64,000 nucleotides of DNA, taken from positions 23,001,518 to 23,065,517 of the forward strand of contig NC_068983.1 in NCBI RefSeq assembly GCF_001194135.2, given 5' to 3'. The number at the start of each line of letters is the position of its first letter. Positions within the stretch are counted from its first letter, which is position 1. The translations under genes and the position numbers were made by a program. The notes under the pieces were generated by a model that was not told the origin of the DNA, did no database searches, and was given only the letters and a program-made list of their open reading frames with translations. The stretch is from Octopus bimaculoides. Taxonomy: Eukaryota. Of the stretch, positions 1 through 11,058 are shown in pieces.

Positions 1-220
1 AAAAGACACCATTTCGAGCGTGGCCGTTTTCGTGCGGGTGACACGTAAAAGCACCCACTACACTCTCTGAGTGGTTGGCGTCAGGAAGGGCATCCAGCTG
101 TAGAAACTCTGCCAAATTAGACTGGAGCCTGGTGTTGCCATCCGGTTTCACCAGTCCTCAGTCAAATCGTCCAACCCATGCTAGCATGGAAAGCGGACGT
201 TAAACGATGATGATGATGAT
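1..220 (+). mobile_element. Family C retroposon (RTE-type tail), young copy cut by window start
   Basis: Ends CCAACCCATGCTAGCATGGAAAGCGGACGTTAAAC(GAT)n. Near-identical to 53775-54100, 55115-55380 and 61643-61805. Confidence 0.85.
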
Positions 221-428
221 AATGGTGATACAGAAATGCTAAATTAAATGCCTTGATGTTTTCATTACTTTCACTTTACCATCTAAGAATCCCGTTGAAA
301 TTGACTTTGACTCTCATTCTTTTGAAAATGATGCAACTAATTATTCTGCTCCCATAAAATTGTAGTCTTGTAGCAAAGTTAGAAATATTTATCATCATCT
401 AATTTTATCATTTCGATTTTATCAACAG

Positions 429-627
429 ACCTACCATGAAGAGCTGTTACAAAGATCCCCTCGCCACAAGTTATTAAATGACTATGCTCGCCAGTTACTC
501 AAGCGATATCCTGCTTTAAAAGGAGATGTTTATGTACGACTACAGCTATTAAATGCTCAGTGGCAGAAAATTGAGCAAGCAATCTCACCATCAAAGGGTG
601 TACAAGATTGGAAGACAATGCTTAATG
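429..627 (+). CDS. Internal coding exon (first in window) of a spectrin-repeat protein, AKAP6/klarsicht/nesprin-like
   Basis: Acceptor ttttatcaacAG at 428, donor GTGAGT at 628. 199 nt open frame TYHEELLQRSPRHKLLNDYARQLLKRYPALKGDVYVRLQLLNAQWQKIEQAISPSKGVQDWKTMLN+G, phase 0 to 1. Amphipathic helix with the spectrin-like 'L..LN.QW..I' pattern. Confidence 0.88.
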
Positions 628-674
628 GTGAGTCCCTTTTTGCTTTAATAAATCTTTTTCAGCCTCAAAGTGTT

Positions 675-1283
675 CCAGGTGTGGCATATGTATTTTCTCA
701 TTATTCAGCTTATCATAAAGTAAAAAGTTTTAGGGTTTTGTTAAAGTAAGTTTTTAGAGGTTGATAGTTATATTTACTGACAGTATTTTGCATATATTTA
801 CAATTCAAAATGGCCACCCTTTGCTTTCAGTATAGCTCTTCACCTTTTCTCAACTGAAGTGCATGACTTCTTCTTCACCTCTTTGTTCAAATTGGACCAT
901 AACATCTTAAAAGCTTCTTTCAACTGTGGCTCACTTAAGTATGTGATGCATTAAATGTGGGCTATATCACAAAATCCATAAATAACATCGAGGCTTCATG
1001 AAGGCCAAACGGACTTGTTGAAAAGTGTGCCAGATCTGAAAGAAGCTCTTAAGACAGCATGGCTCAATTTGAACAAAGAGGCTAGTAAATAAGTTTTGCA
1101 CTTCAGTTGAGAAACAGTTAAGACCTATGATGAAAGCAAAGGGTGGCCATTTTGAATTGTAAATATATGTAAAATACTGTCAATAACTATAATAATCAAC
1201 CTGTAAACTTTCATTCCCCGAAACCTAAAGCTTTATATTTTATGATAAAATAAATAATGGGTAAATATATATGCCATATCTAG
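675..1283. mobile_element. Non-autonomous Tc1/mariner-superfamily element with ~260-bp inverted arms
   Basis: 778-829 and 1131-1182 are reverse complements with 1 mismatch in 52 nt, and looser similarity extends over the full arms. Each arm encodes a transposase-like C-terminus (LKEALKTAW...CTSVEKQLRPMMKAKGGHFEL*). TA follows the right end. Confidence 0.75.
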
Positions 1284-1914
1284 TAAGCCAAGTATTAATT
1301 TTTTATTACCTCATCATCTTCAATTTACCATGGCAAATGTCTAAATGAGATATTGAAATTAATCTGAGCAAAGATCTTTCATCACATGTTTTTTTTTTTT
1401 AAATGCATTGTTTGCCAGCCTTTATGCTCCATTGTTTCTTATCGCCTGGATCAGATGTTTCCTGTTGAACCACTCCAACCTGCATCCTAAGGGCTAGGTT
1501 TCCTTTTCTGAGCAAGAAAATACTTCAAACCTCATCAGATGCTAAATCTGTACATAATTTTAAGTGCAGCCCATATTGGAGTACTGGGATGGTATTCTTG
1601 CCACATATTCAAATTTCAAAGACTGCATTCAAATGAAGGTTCTTTTATTCATTCATGTTACTTTTTTTTTCTTTTTTCTTTTTTTTTTGTGAGTATAGGT
1701 TGGACAGATACTTATTACTGAGTTATTATTTATTGTACAGGTGGATGCCCTATATGTCACTAAACTTTGTTTTACAAGAAAGGATATTTTATTCCCCAGT
1801 ATCTTTGAAAAGGCAGGGCTATAGCACAATTTTTGTTGACAAGGAATACTCCTGTATCAGTATAAAGACAGTTCGTTTCATGAGATGATACAAAATGTGA
1901 ACATTTTCATAGAC

Positions 1915-2120
1915 CTGCATACACACACTTACATACACATTTGTCTGTCTGTCTAAATACACACGCACTTCTATAGTGTCCCTCTATAAATTCTACTTAG
2001 AAGATATTGGTCAGTCTGTGGCTATAGCAAAAGATGCTCATGGTGTGATACACTGAGTTAGAACTTGAAACCTCATAGTTACAAACTGAGCTCTGTATCT
2101 ACATAGCCATGCCTGTGCGC
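1915..2120 (-). mobile_element. Degenerate family A SINE
   Basis: Reverse-complement similarity to the head of 3247-3635. Confidence 0.5.
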
Positions 2121-3246
2121 CATCTTACTAGCAAAAATTCACTCACCATCAAACTATGACCATAAGTTCACAGATGTGCTGGTTTTTCTGTCTATCATTA
2201 TTGAAAAAAATCTCTAAACTAGGTAGTTGCAAATGTCCACTTCATGAAGTCTTATTTATCTTGTCTCCTATCATCAGCAGTTCCCAACCGTTTTTTTCTT
2301 TTTTGAACTACAGAACCATTTCATGCAGAGCAATTTTTCTATGGACCAAGGAATCATGTGCCAAACAAAATGTATTAAATTGCATAAAATATATTTTAAT
2401 TCTTACATAGATAATACAAAAGTACCCTGCAGACTGGGATAACCAGTAAAATAGAAAGAATAACTTAAAAGAATTTATTCCTTCCGTGTAGTCTAGTACC
2501 AAATTACCAAATGATTCATGGCCCAGTACTAGTCTGCAGCCTGGTTGTTGGTGACCATGGCTGTTATCATTCATGCTGTGTCATTCATTTTAGATCTTAT
2601 GTTTAAACACATTACACAAGCCTTCCTTGACAGAGCTGCAGTCCTTTACAATTTCCTCCCTGCAGATTTTTCTCTCCATTCCTACAGATGTTAACTTAAT
2701 AGATGAAAGTCACCACATTGATTTCATAAGTCTCAGTGGGCCTGCAAGAGGTCAAAAGGTCATGCCTCTCATCTGACTAACTTATAAAGTAAAATATGAA
2801 GTTGAGGTTTTACTGTTGAAAAACATTCCTCCCCATCTCTCTCCCAGGAAAGAAAAGGCTTTGGCTTCTAGCAGTAATTTTGGTACTACTTATGGAATAT
2901 ATGTCAGTTATAAATTCCCTGTACTCTCTTTCCACTGCCTCACGTTATCAGCAAGCTTAAATTTTCCATTCATTACTATTTATAGCTCACGTATACTTCA
3001 ATTGAGAAGTAAACTTATTTTCCAGGATACAACACAACACAGTAATAGGATATGAGACAACAAACTTTTGGTTGGCTTTATTTATTTATTTTATATAACA
3101 GATGGGTGAAATAGTGTGTTGTTGGTTATAGGTTTAGGCTAATGACTGGCTTACTGCATTACTCCATGATGAGAATAACAAAATAATATCACTGATGTTG
3201 TGTTTTTCATTCAAGATTTTGAACTTATGGATTATTGATCTTTATA

Positions 3247-3635
3247 GGTGCAGGAGTGGCTGTGTGGTAAGCAGCTTGCTTACCAACCACATGGTTCTGG
3301 GTTCATTCCCACTGCATGACACCTTGGGCAAGTGTCTTCTACTATAGCTTCGGGCCGACCAAAGTCTTGTGAGTGGATTTGCTAGACGGAAACTGAAAGA
3401 AGCCCATCGTATATATGTATGTGTGTGTCTGTGTTTGTGCCCCCAGCATCGTTTGACAACTGATGGTGGTGTGTTTACATCCCCGTAACTTAGCGGTTCA
3501 GCAAAAGAAACCAATAGAATAAGTACTAGGCTTCCAAAGAATAAGTCCTGGGGTCAATTTGCTTGACTAAAAGGCAGTGCTCCAGCATGGTCGCAGTCAA
3601 ATGACTGAAACAAGTAAAAGAGAGAAAGAGAAAGA
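3247..3635 (+). mobile_element. Family A tRNA-derived SINE, full length
   Basis: Pol III A-box TGGCTGTGTGG, B-box-like GGTTCATTCCC, CCTTGGGCAAGT motif, central (TA/TG)n microsatellite, tail CAGTCAAATGACTGAAACAAGTAAAAGAG. Confidence 0.85.
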
Positions 3636-3749
3636 GTATATTGGTGAGAGAAATAGTAAATTCTTGGTAAATGGGATTTATGCCCCCATAATGAGTTTCT
3701 TGAAATTACTTCACTGTTCTTATTACTCATTAAAAACTTCACATTTGTT

Positions 3750-4325
3750 ACATCTGTCTTACTCTGAATTTGAGTTCAAATCCAGACAGCATCAACTTTG
3801 TCTTTCATTCCTCTGGCTTTCATAAAGTACCAGCCAGGTACTGATGTCAGTGTAACCAACTAATTTCCTCCCCTCAAAAATTGCTAGCCTTGTGCCCAAA
3901 GGGGGAACCATTATTATTATTATTACACTCTCTGAGTGGTTGGCGTTAGGAAGGGCACCCAGCTGTAGAAACACTGCCAGATCAGATTGGAGCCTGGTGC
4001 AGCCTCCTGGCTTCTCAGACCCTAGTCGAACCGTCCAACCCATGCTAGCATGGAAAGCGGACGTTAAACGATGATGATGATGATGATGATGATGATTATG
4101 ATTATTATCATCATCATGAAGGCAGTGAGCTGACAGAATCATTAACATGGCAGACAAAATTATTTAGCAGCTTTTCATCTGTCTTTACATTTTGAGTTCA
4201 AATTCCACCAAGGTTGACTTTGCCTTTCATCATTTTGGGGTTGATGAAATAAGCACTGGTCAGGTATTGGGGTTGATGTCCTCAATCAGCTCCCTCCACC
4301 AAAATTTCATGCTTTGTGCCTATAT
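3750..4325 (+). mobile_element. Stacked SINEs: B fragment (3750-3925), C fragment (3926-4117), B (4120-4325)
   Basis: B core GAGTTCAAATTCC...GTTGACTTTGCCTTTCATC; C tail with (GAT)n. Junctions lie at the (ATT)n/(GAT)n tails. Confidence 0.75.
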
Positions 4326-4514
4326 CTTTTGTCTTTTACTTGTCTGTCATTAGACTGCAGCCATGTTGGGACACTGCTTTGAATTTTTAGTCGGAGAAAC
4401 TGACCCTTGTGCCTACTTTTTTTCTTAAACCTGGTGCTTATTCTGTCAGTTTTTTTTTGCCAAACTGCTAGGTTACAGGGGCGTAAACACCAGCATTGGT
4501 TGTCAAACAGTGGT

Positions 4515-4560
<46 letters not shown>

Positions 4561-4733
4561 TACACAACAGGCTTCTTTCAGTTTCTGTCTATCAAATCCA
4601 CTCACAAGGCTTTGGTTGGCCCGAGGCTCCATAGTAGAAGACACTTGCCCGAAGTGCCACACAGTGGAACTGAAACATGGAACCATGTGGCTGGAAAGCA
4701 AACTTCTTACCACACACAGCTACATCTGCACCT
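4326..4733 (-). mobile_element. Family A SINE with expanded (CA)n
   Basis: Reverse complement of 3247-3635; (CA)n at ~4518-4558. Confidence 0.85.
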
Positions 4734-5462
4734 ATAGTAAAAAAGATTATCATTATCATGCTTCTCTAGGAATTAGTACAAATTGTAAGGCATTCCATTT
4801 GATGTCCCGTTTCATAATTCAATTCACATTAGAGCTATTATAAGTATGTGGGTTGGTTAACTGGGTGCTGGAAATTTGTTCAAGTTGCATGTGGTTTCCT
4901 ACGTAAAGCCAACCACAATATTCACTTTTAATGGATCGCACTTATTTCCATATTGATGTCACAAAAGTTACTTGTCAACAGCTGTTATGCTGAATACCAG
5001 TAGCTTAGTGTGTGAGAATGTATATTTGTCAGAGAGGAGAAAATGTAAGCCGTGCTTGGGGAAGTGGTCTTTTAGCGCATGTGTTCAAAGTGGCATGGCT
5101 GTCAGTTGACCAAGATGACATTTATGAGTTTCACTAAAATACAGGCCAAGATTAGGTGATATGCTGTGGCCATTGTTTGTTACTAGGTTGATGCAGTTTC
5201 TAATGCTAAGTGTAACAGCTGTGCCATTAAGACTGCCTGCTGGTAGGTTGTAAGATTAAATTTAATGCAAATATTTTGTTGTTTATAAGCAGAGCACTTT
5301 ATTCTGCATTGTTTCAGTTCACAGAGCTATCTGTAATAGGTATCAACTAGAAATGGTATATGTGAGTGAGATTTATTGCTTTTCCAGGAGACGCCTTCTC
5401 TTAAAAGTTCTAGGATAGTCATTTACAATTTTACATATCAGTGATGCATAATCTGGTTTATA

Positions 5463-6214
5463 CCAGGGTTTCCAGCCTGGGTGCCTGCACCCTCTAGTGA
5501 TGTGAAATGGCCTTTCGGGAGTGTGATAAAGAGAGTTAGATATGTTCTAAGCACACAAAGAACTTCATTAATTCTACATATGTAGATTTAACCCTTTTTG
5601 ATTATGACCAAAAATTGACCAAAATTATAACCAAAAATTGTCTCCATGTTATTCCACTTGTAATGACACACTTGTGTGAATTACCTAAATCCACAGGCAG
5701 ACCTCAATTAGCAAGAAAGATTCATATCTTGATAGTCACGAATAAGAAGCAAAGAATTCATTGAATTTTGTTTCCAAAAGAGATTGATTTCACTGTTTAG
5801 AGTTTTTTGTTTCTAATTACTCAATTTACATTAGCTTTTTACGCGAGTCACAAGTTTATATTTGTTAAGTTTATTCACCCATTGCCAGTACCACCTGACT
5901 GGCCCTCATGCCGATGGCACGTAAAAAGCACCCACTACACTCTCAGAGTGGTTGGTATTGGTAAGGGAATCCAGCTGTTGAAACTCTGCCAGATCAGATT
6001 GGAGCCTGGTGTAGCCATCTGGTTTGTCAGTCCTCAGTCAAATCGTCCAACCCATGCTAGCATGGAAAACGAACGTTAAATGATGATGATGTACTGTATG
6101 CTGTTCATTCATAAGTCAATATTTTTTAAAGTTTTTATGTGTGATATTTGTAGGTGGTGCAAACATTAAACATTTCTTAGGGTGAGGGCCATAGGAAATG
6201 TTAGGAACCAACTA
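5463..6214. mobile_element. Degenerate hAT-like non-autonomous element with nested inserts
   Basis: Starts CAGGGTTTCCAGCCT and ends ...GTTAGGAACCAACTA, resembling the CAGGGGTTC termini seen at 50307-50641. TSD not clear. Confidence 0.35.
5881..6091 (+). mobile_element. Family C retroposon fragment
   Basis: Same body and (GAT)n tail as other C copies. Confidence 0.8.
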
Positions 6215-6389
6215 GTGTGTATCAAAGAATTTGGGTGGTCAGTGGTGACTTCTATGAGTATGTCCTATAGTATTTCCTCAAGTAAATTTGTATTTGGTGA
6301 TCCATTGTTTTCTTTATAAATTTTGCAGAATACTTTCTGAAAAAAGGTATGATAATATACTACAATGTATTTAAACCAACTTATAACCT

Positions 6390-6710
6390 CATCTCTACTA
6401 AATTGGACTGCTGTCTCTATAATAAATAATTGTAGAAGAAATTAGCATTTCATTGTGCAAACAATCCGCTGCTGTGCTGCTCTAGAGCCCTGATTGAATT
6501 AGCCTAAGATTCCGATGATCGAATGTATAGATCTCCTCTAGAAAGATGGGATATTCAGGGCTTCAATGCATTCAAGCTTAGGAATCATAAGTTTGTTCAA
6601 TCAGGGTTAATACAGAGTTTCACAGCAGCAGATTGTTTGCACAGTGAAATGTTAATTTCTTCTACAATTATTTATCATAGACTGTAGTTCAGTTTGGTAG
6701 AAAAGAGATG
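6390..6710. repeat. Long inverted repeat (~125-bp arms, 67-bp spacer)
   Basis: 6422-6476 pairs with 6621-6675 at 52/55 Watson-Crick positions. The inner arms resemble family D repeat. Confidence 0.9.
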
Positions 6711-7628
6711 AATTATCTAAGATGGTGTAGTTTGATTTGAAATGAAAATTGCTGCTGTTTCTCGCATATCATAGGACTACATACAGGTTCCCTTATTGCC
6801 AAGTAGTATTAAACTATTCATCTCAACACTGTTTGATGTTACTAATACGGTTGGTAATTTAGTAACGCTCATCTTCATTCCGAATTGAATACGAAATGCG
6901 AATTTTCATTTCTAGAATGAATGCATTTCACATCACTTAAGATATTAATGCACCCATGAAAGGCATTTAATACTAACAACTATCATTAATTATAGATCCT
7001 TTCTTTGTTACACTTTAAAAAAAAAAAATTTTTAATAGACATTAACTGATCTTATCGAAATTATCTCCCTTGTTTCCCCTCAATTTCCCGAACACACATG
7101 CACACGTTTTTACTAATCTTTTGTATAACCCCAGTTGATTGTTTTGCTAATAATGACTATTACATTTCATGCCATATTCTGTCAAATGCATTGACACGTT
7201 GCTGTGCATTTAATCGAAGGGAAATAACTCTTTAATTTTCCTTTTCCTTTGAAATTTTGTGCAACTAGTTTAGCTACTGCTACGTTTGTTTTTCAGTGGA
7301 ATATTTTCATTTCCGCATTTTTACTGCTGGCAGAAAATGCGTCGAGTACGTAGCTTCTTTTTGGCTTTTATAAAATAACAACATTCCAATCGTGGCCAGT
7401 TCACTTTTCTTTTTTCAAGATGTTATGTGTGTAATTCAGAGGTGAATTAGGCTGTTGTTTAGATCAAGTGTACACAATAGTGTCCTCCCTAAAACTTTTA
7501 CTTGTGTCTATAGTCATAATCATTATAATTATTCTTATTTCTTAATGGCAGCAAATTTTGTGATAAACAATTGCCATCGTCCCGTGTCACAAGTTGATAT
7601 ATTCTTAATTCAAACTCCAAAACCTTGA

Positions 7629-7685
7629 TGTTAATTTCTAATTGTTAATTTCTAATTGTTAATTTCTAATGTTAATTTCTAATTG
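7629..7685. repeat. Tandem repeat, ~14-bp unit (GTTAATTTCTAATT) x4
   Basis: Read directly from sequence. Confidence 0.9.
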
Positions 7686-7699
7686 CCTGCACAAACTTA

Positions 7700-8160
7700 A
7701 GCTACTAATAAATTGGTATATCCAGGAGGATTTTGTACTGTGCATGCATCTTGGTCTGAGTAAAGATTGATAAAACTCTTCCTATTCGGTATCTGAGCAT
7801 TGCTGAGTTGTGGAATTATGTCGAACAGACTATTAGCAGAGTCCATCATAAAGATTTGTTTATGTATTTCTTTGGCTTGGAAGAGCAAGAAGTTTTCCTC
7901 TGTCTGGTGGCTATGTTAAAAGAGAATTCATGATGTTTGCATCGAAAGGGGTTGAGAACAGATGTTTCCTTCTTCAGCCAACCTCCATCAACTTCATATT
8001 CCACTTGGGGAGCGGGGGGGGGATAAGAGTGGCAAGGACTGACTCTCAGAATGCCTCTCTGGCCCAGAAGTGGGAGAAAGCATTATCCCTTTGTAGTCTG
8101 AGTAACCCCGAATCTGTAGAGTTCCTTGATTGGCCTTAGATACTTGTCCCCTCCTCCACA
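7700..8160 (+). mobile_element. Decayed 3' end of an L1/Tx1-clade LINE ORF2
   Basis: Frame-disrupted translation ...IAELWNYVEQTISRV...EVFLCLVAMLKE...INFIFHL...IRVAR..., similar to the region after the C-terminal zinc knuckle of Tx1-like ORF2 as I recall it. Confidence 0.55.
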
Positions 8161-8504
8161 TTCAAGCTTTTTATTTCATGCTTTTAGAATATATTAGTTC
8201 TCTCTATTTGTTTTGTTTTTTTTATAACAACTAATTATGTGTAAACCCCATCCATTTATATATTTTTGTGGGATTTGTCTTTGTAATGCCCCCTTTCATA
8301 TCTCATGTTTTGTGGTAAATTAAAAAATCATTATTAACAATTAGAGAAATAAACAACTCACATAAGGTTCATATGACCTTCTACTGCACCATCAGGTGTA
8401 CTGGCATGTGTGCAACATTGCCTAAAAGTGTGTAAGAGTATGTGTGTATTAATTCCAGTTTACTTTTTTATGAAATTTCTTTTGTTGTTTCTTTATTATT
8501 ATAT

Positions 8505-9660
8505 TGGCACACTCGCAAAATCATTAGCACCCTGTGCAAAATGCCTAGCAGTATTTCATCCATCTTTATGTTCTGAGTTCAAATTCCGCCAAGGTTGACT
8601 TTGCCTTTCATCTTTTCAGGGTCAATAAAATAAGTACTAGTTGAGTAATGGGTTCAATACTGCCCTTGTGGCAAAATTTGAAACCATTATTACTATATAG
8701 ATGGCAAGCTGGCAGAATCATTAGCAAGTCAGGCAAAATCTTAGCATTTCTGCTGGCTTTATGTTGAGTTCATGTTCTGCTGAGGTTGACTTTGACTTTC
8801 ATCCTTTCAGAGTCAATAAAATAAGTACCAGTTAAGCACTAGAGTTGATGTAAATCGACTTCTTCTTCCCCTATAAATTTCAGGCCTTGTGCCTATAATA
8901 GAAAGGATTTTTATCGTGATAAAATGGTAGAGCTGTTAGCATGTCAGATAAAATGTTTAGTGATATTTTTCTTTACATGCTGAGCTCATATCCCACTGAG
9001 GGCAACTTTGCCTTTCCTCTTTTGGGAGTTCAATAAAATAAATACCAGTGAAGCTCTGGGGTTGATGTAATTGACTTGCTCACTTCCCCCAAATTTCAGG
9101 CCTTGTGCCTCTAGCAGAAAGGTTTATTATTAAAGCAACAAGCTGGCAGAATTGTTACTGTGCCAGACACAATGCTTAGCAGCATTTCTTCTGGCTTACG
9201 TTCTGAGTTCACATTCCATTGAGGTCAGCATTACCTTTTATCCATCCAGGGTTAATAAAATAAGTACCAATTAAGCACTGGGGCCAATGTAATCAACTTC
9301 CCCCTTCAAAAAATTCCAGGCCTTGTGACTATAATAGAAAGGATTATTATTATCATTATCACATGGTGAACTGGTTGAATCGTTACAGCATCAGGCAAAA
9401 TACCTATTAGGTCATCTTCATTTTTCATCCTTCCAGAATCAATAAAATACAGTACCAGTCATGTACTGACTGTTAAGTTAATTGACTACCATCCTCCTCT
9501 ACATTTGTAATTTTGTGCTTATGTTAGAAATTATTCTTTATTCAGTGATGGATTGGCCAAACTGTTAGTGTCAAACATGATACTTTTCAGTGTTTGTTCT
9601 GAGTTCAATCGACTGTTCCTCCCTTCTTAATTTTGTGCCAATCTGAGAAATCGTCATTAC
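8505..9660 (+). mobile_element. Head-to-tail array of about six degenerate family B SINEs
   Basis: Repeated GGCAAGCTGGCAGAATCATTAGCA...TTGACTTTGCCTTTCATC...AAATAAGTACCAG units of ~200 bp separated by ATT-rich tails. Confidence 0.8.
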
Positions 9661-10716
9661 TATAAGGGTAGAATTGGTAATGCTGTTAATATTTCTTCGT
9701 GGTCTTTTTTAATCGTCTGTTTCTTTTCCCCAAAATATGTGGTCTTGTACTTAGGTAAGGCATAAAGCAAAATAATAATTTATACCTAGACCATAGTGTG
9801 AATTGAGAGGTTTTCCAAATATACTTTGGAAAAAAAAAAATTTTTATACCAAGTATAAGAATGTCTTCTATATTTTTTTTTTATTTTAATAGCTCTACTA
9901 CAAAATTTTGTGGGCACAATAATATCTATTTCATGAAAAGAAAGATGTGAATAGAATATAGTATCAAAATATAACTATAGGAAATAATTTAACGTCTTTA
10001 CGGAGTTTTCTTATATAAGGGAGAGTACTCTGTGATAGCAGTTATCTCCCTTCACAAAAAGTCTTAATATGTAATGAGTATCAGTAAATTTGTGAAATCT
10101 AAAATACAAAATTTTATTTATAACTAAATTTCTTTCCTTTTTGTTTTTCTTTTATTCATTTAATAGTTGTTTTATATTTTTCATTCAAATCCTAGTTGTT
10201 TTATATTTTTTATTTTAGTCAGCTTGTTCTATTAATTTTTTTTTTCAATACATTGAATATTCTTTTGCAAAGGACAGTAAAATCCAACAGGTGTGATCCT
10301 AAACATATGTTGCTAAGTCTGCTTGCTAGCACGTCAACAGTTTAGTCATCCGTCTGTATTACATTAGATCATTACTCTATTTTATTGCAGCCGATATTGC
10401 TTAAAAGTACTGTAAACTACAAGAACTCTGTAACCTGAGCATTGCTTCATTTTAACCAAATTAATGATGTTCATTGTACTTCCCTTGAGTGAATATATAC
10501 TTACAGTTGTATGTAACTATGGAAAATTTTCAAAGTTTTCACTGTCCACTGGAAAAGCAGGATAAGAGATCAACTGTTGAGGTTGTAACCATATTTTTGC
10601 AATCGGTTTTCTTAATTTGGTGGGTGGGAAAACTTGCTTTTGTTACAGATATTGGTAAAAGGTTTTCCAATAAGAATTTCATATAAAGTCAAATCAATTT
10701 TACTAAATTTGTTGCT

Positions 10717-10722
<6 letters not shown>

Positions 10723-10757
<35 letters not shown>
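10723..10757. repeat. (CA)n microsatellite
   Basis: Read directly. Confidence 0.95.
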
Positions 10758-10760
<3 letters not shown>

Positions 10761-10931
10761 GATGGCTTTACATTGTAACTGATATTAGTATGAAAATACT
10801 GGAAATTAATTTTTTAAGGTAGCTATTTACGTGCATACACTTTATGCCAATTCATTTGAATTCGTTAGAAAGATTCTTAAAAAATATTTCTTAATGTGTG
10901 TGTGTGTGTGTGTGTGTGTAGACTGATTATA

Positions 10932-11058
10932 CAGGGTGTCCACAAAGTCTGGGTACATGGGGATTAACACATATTTTAAGAAATTATTATTTCTTATATT
11001 TAATTGTTTATGTCATGGTTTTATTTACGTCATGTACCCATACTTTGTGGACACCCTG
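10932..11058. mobile_element. Tc1/mariner MITE, 127 bp
   Basis: 28-bp TIR CAGGGTGTCCACAAAGT(C/A)TGGGTACATG with 1 mismatch, flanked by TA on both sides (10930-31, 11059-60). Confidence 0.92.

Noticed and set aside
3247-3330. tRNA genes at SINE heads (also 27741, 28597, 38241)
   Set aside because: Only A/B-box-like motifs; no complete cloverleaf, and they continue into SINE bodies.
7297-7345. 49-nt cassette exon
   Set aside because: Would shift the frame (phase 1 in, phase 2 out).
8505-9660. CRISPR-like array
   Set aside because: Eukaryotic context; the units are ~200-bp degenerate SINEs with no constant repeat/unique spacer structure and no cas genes.
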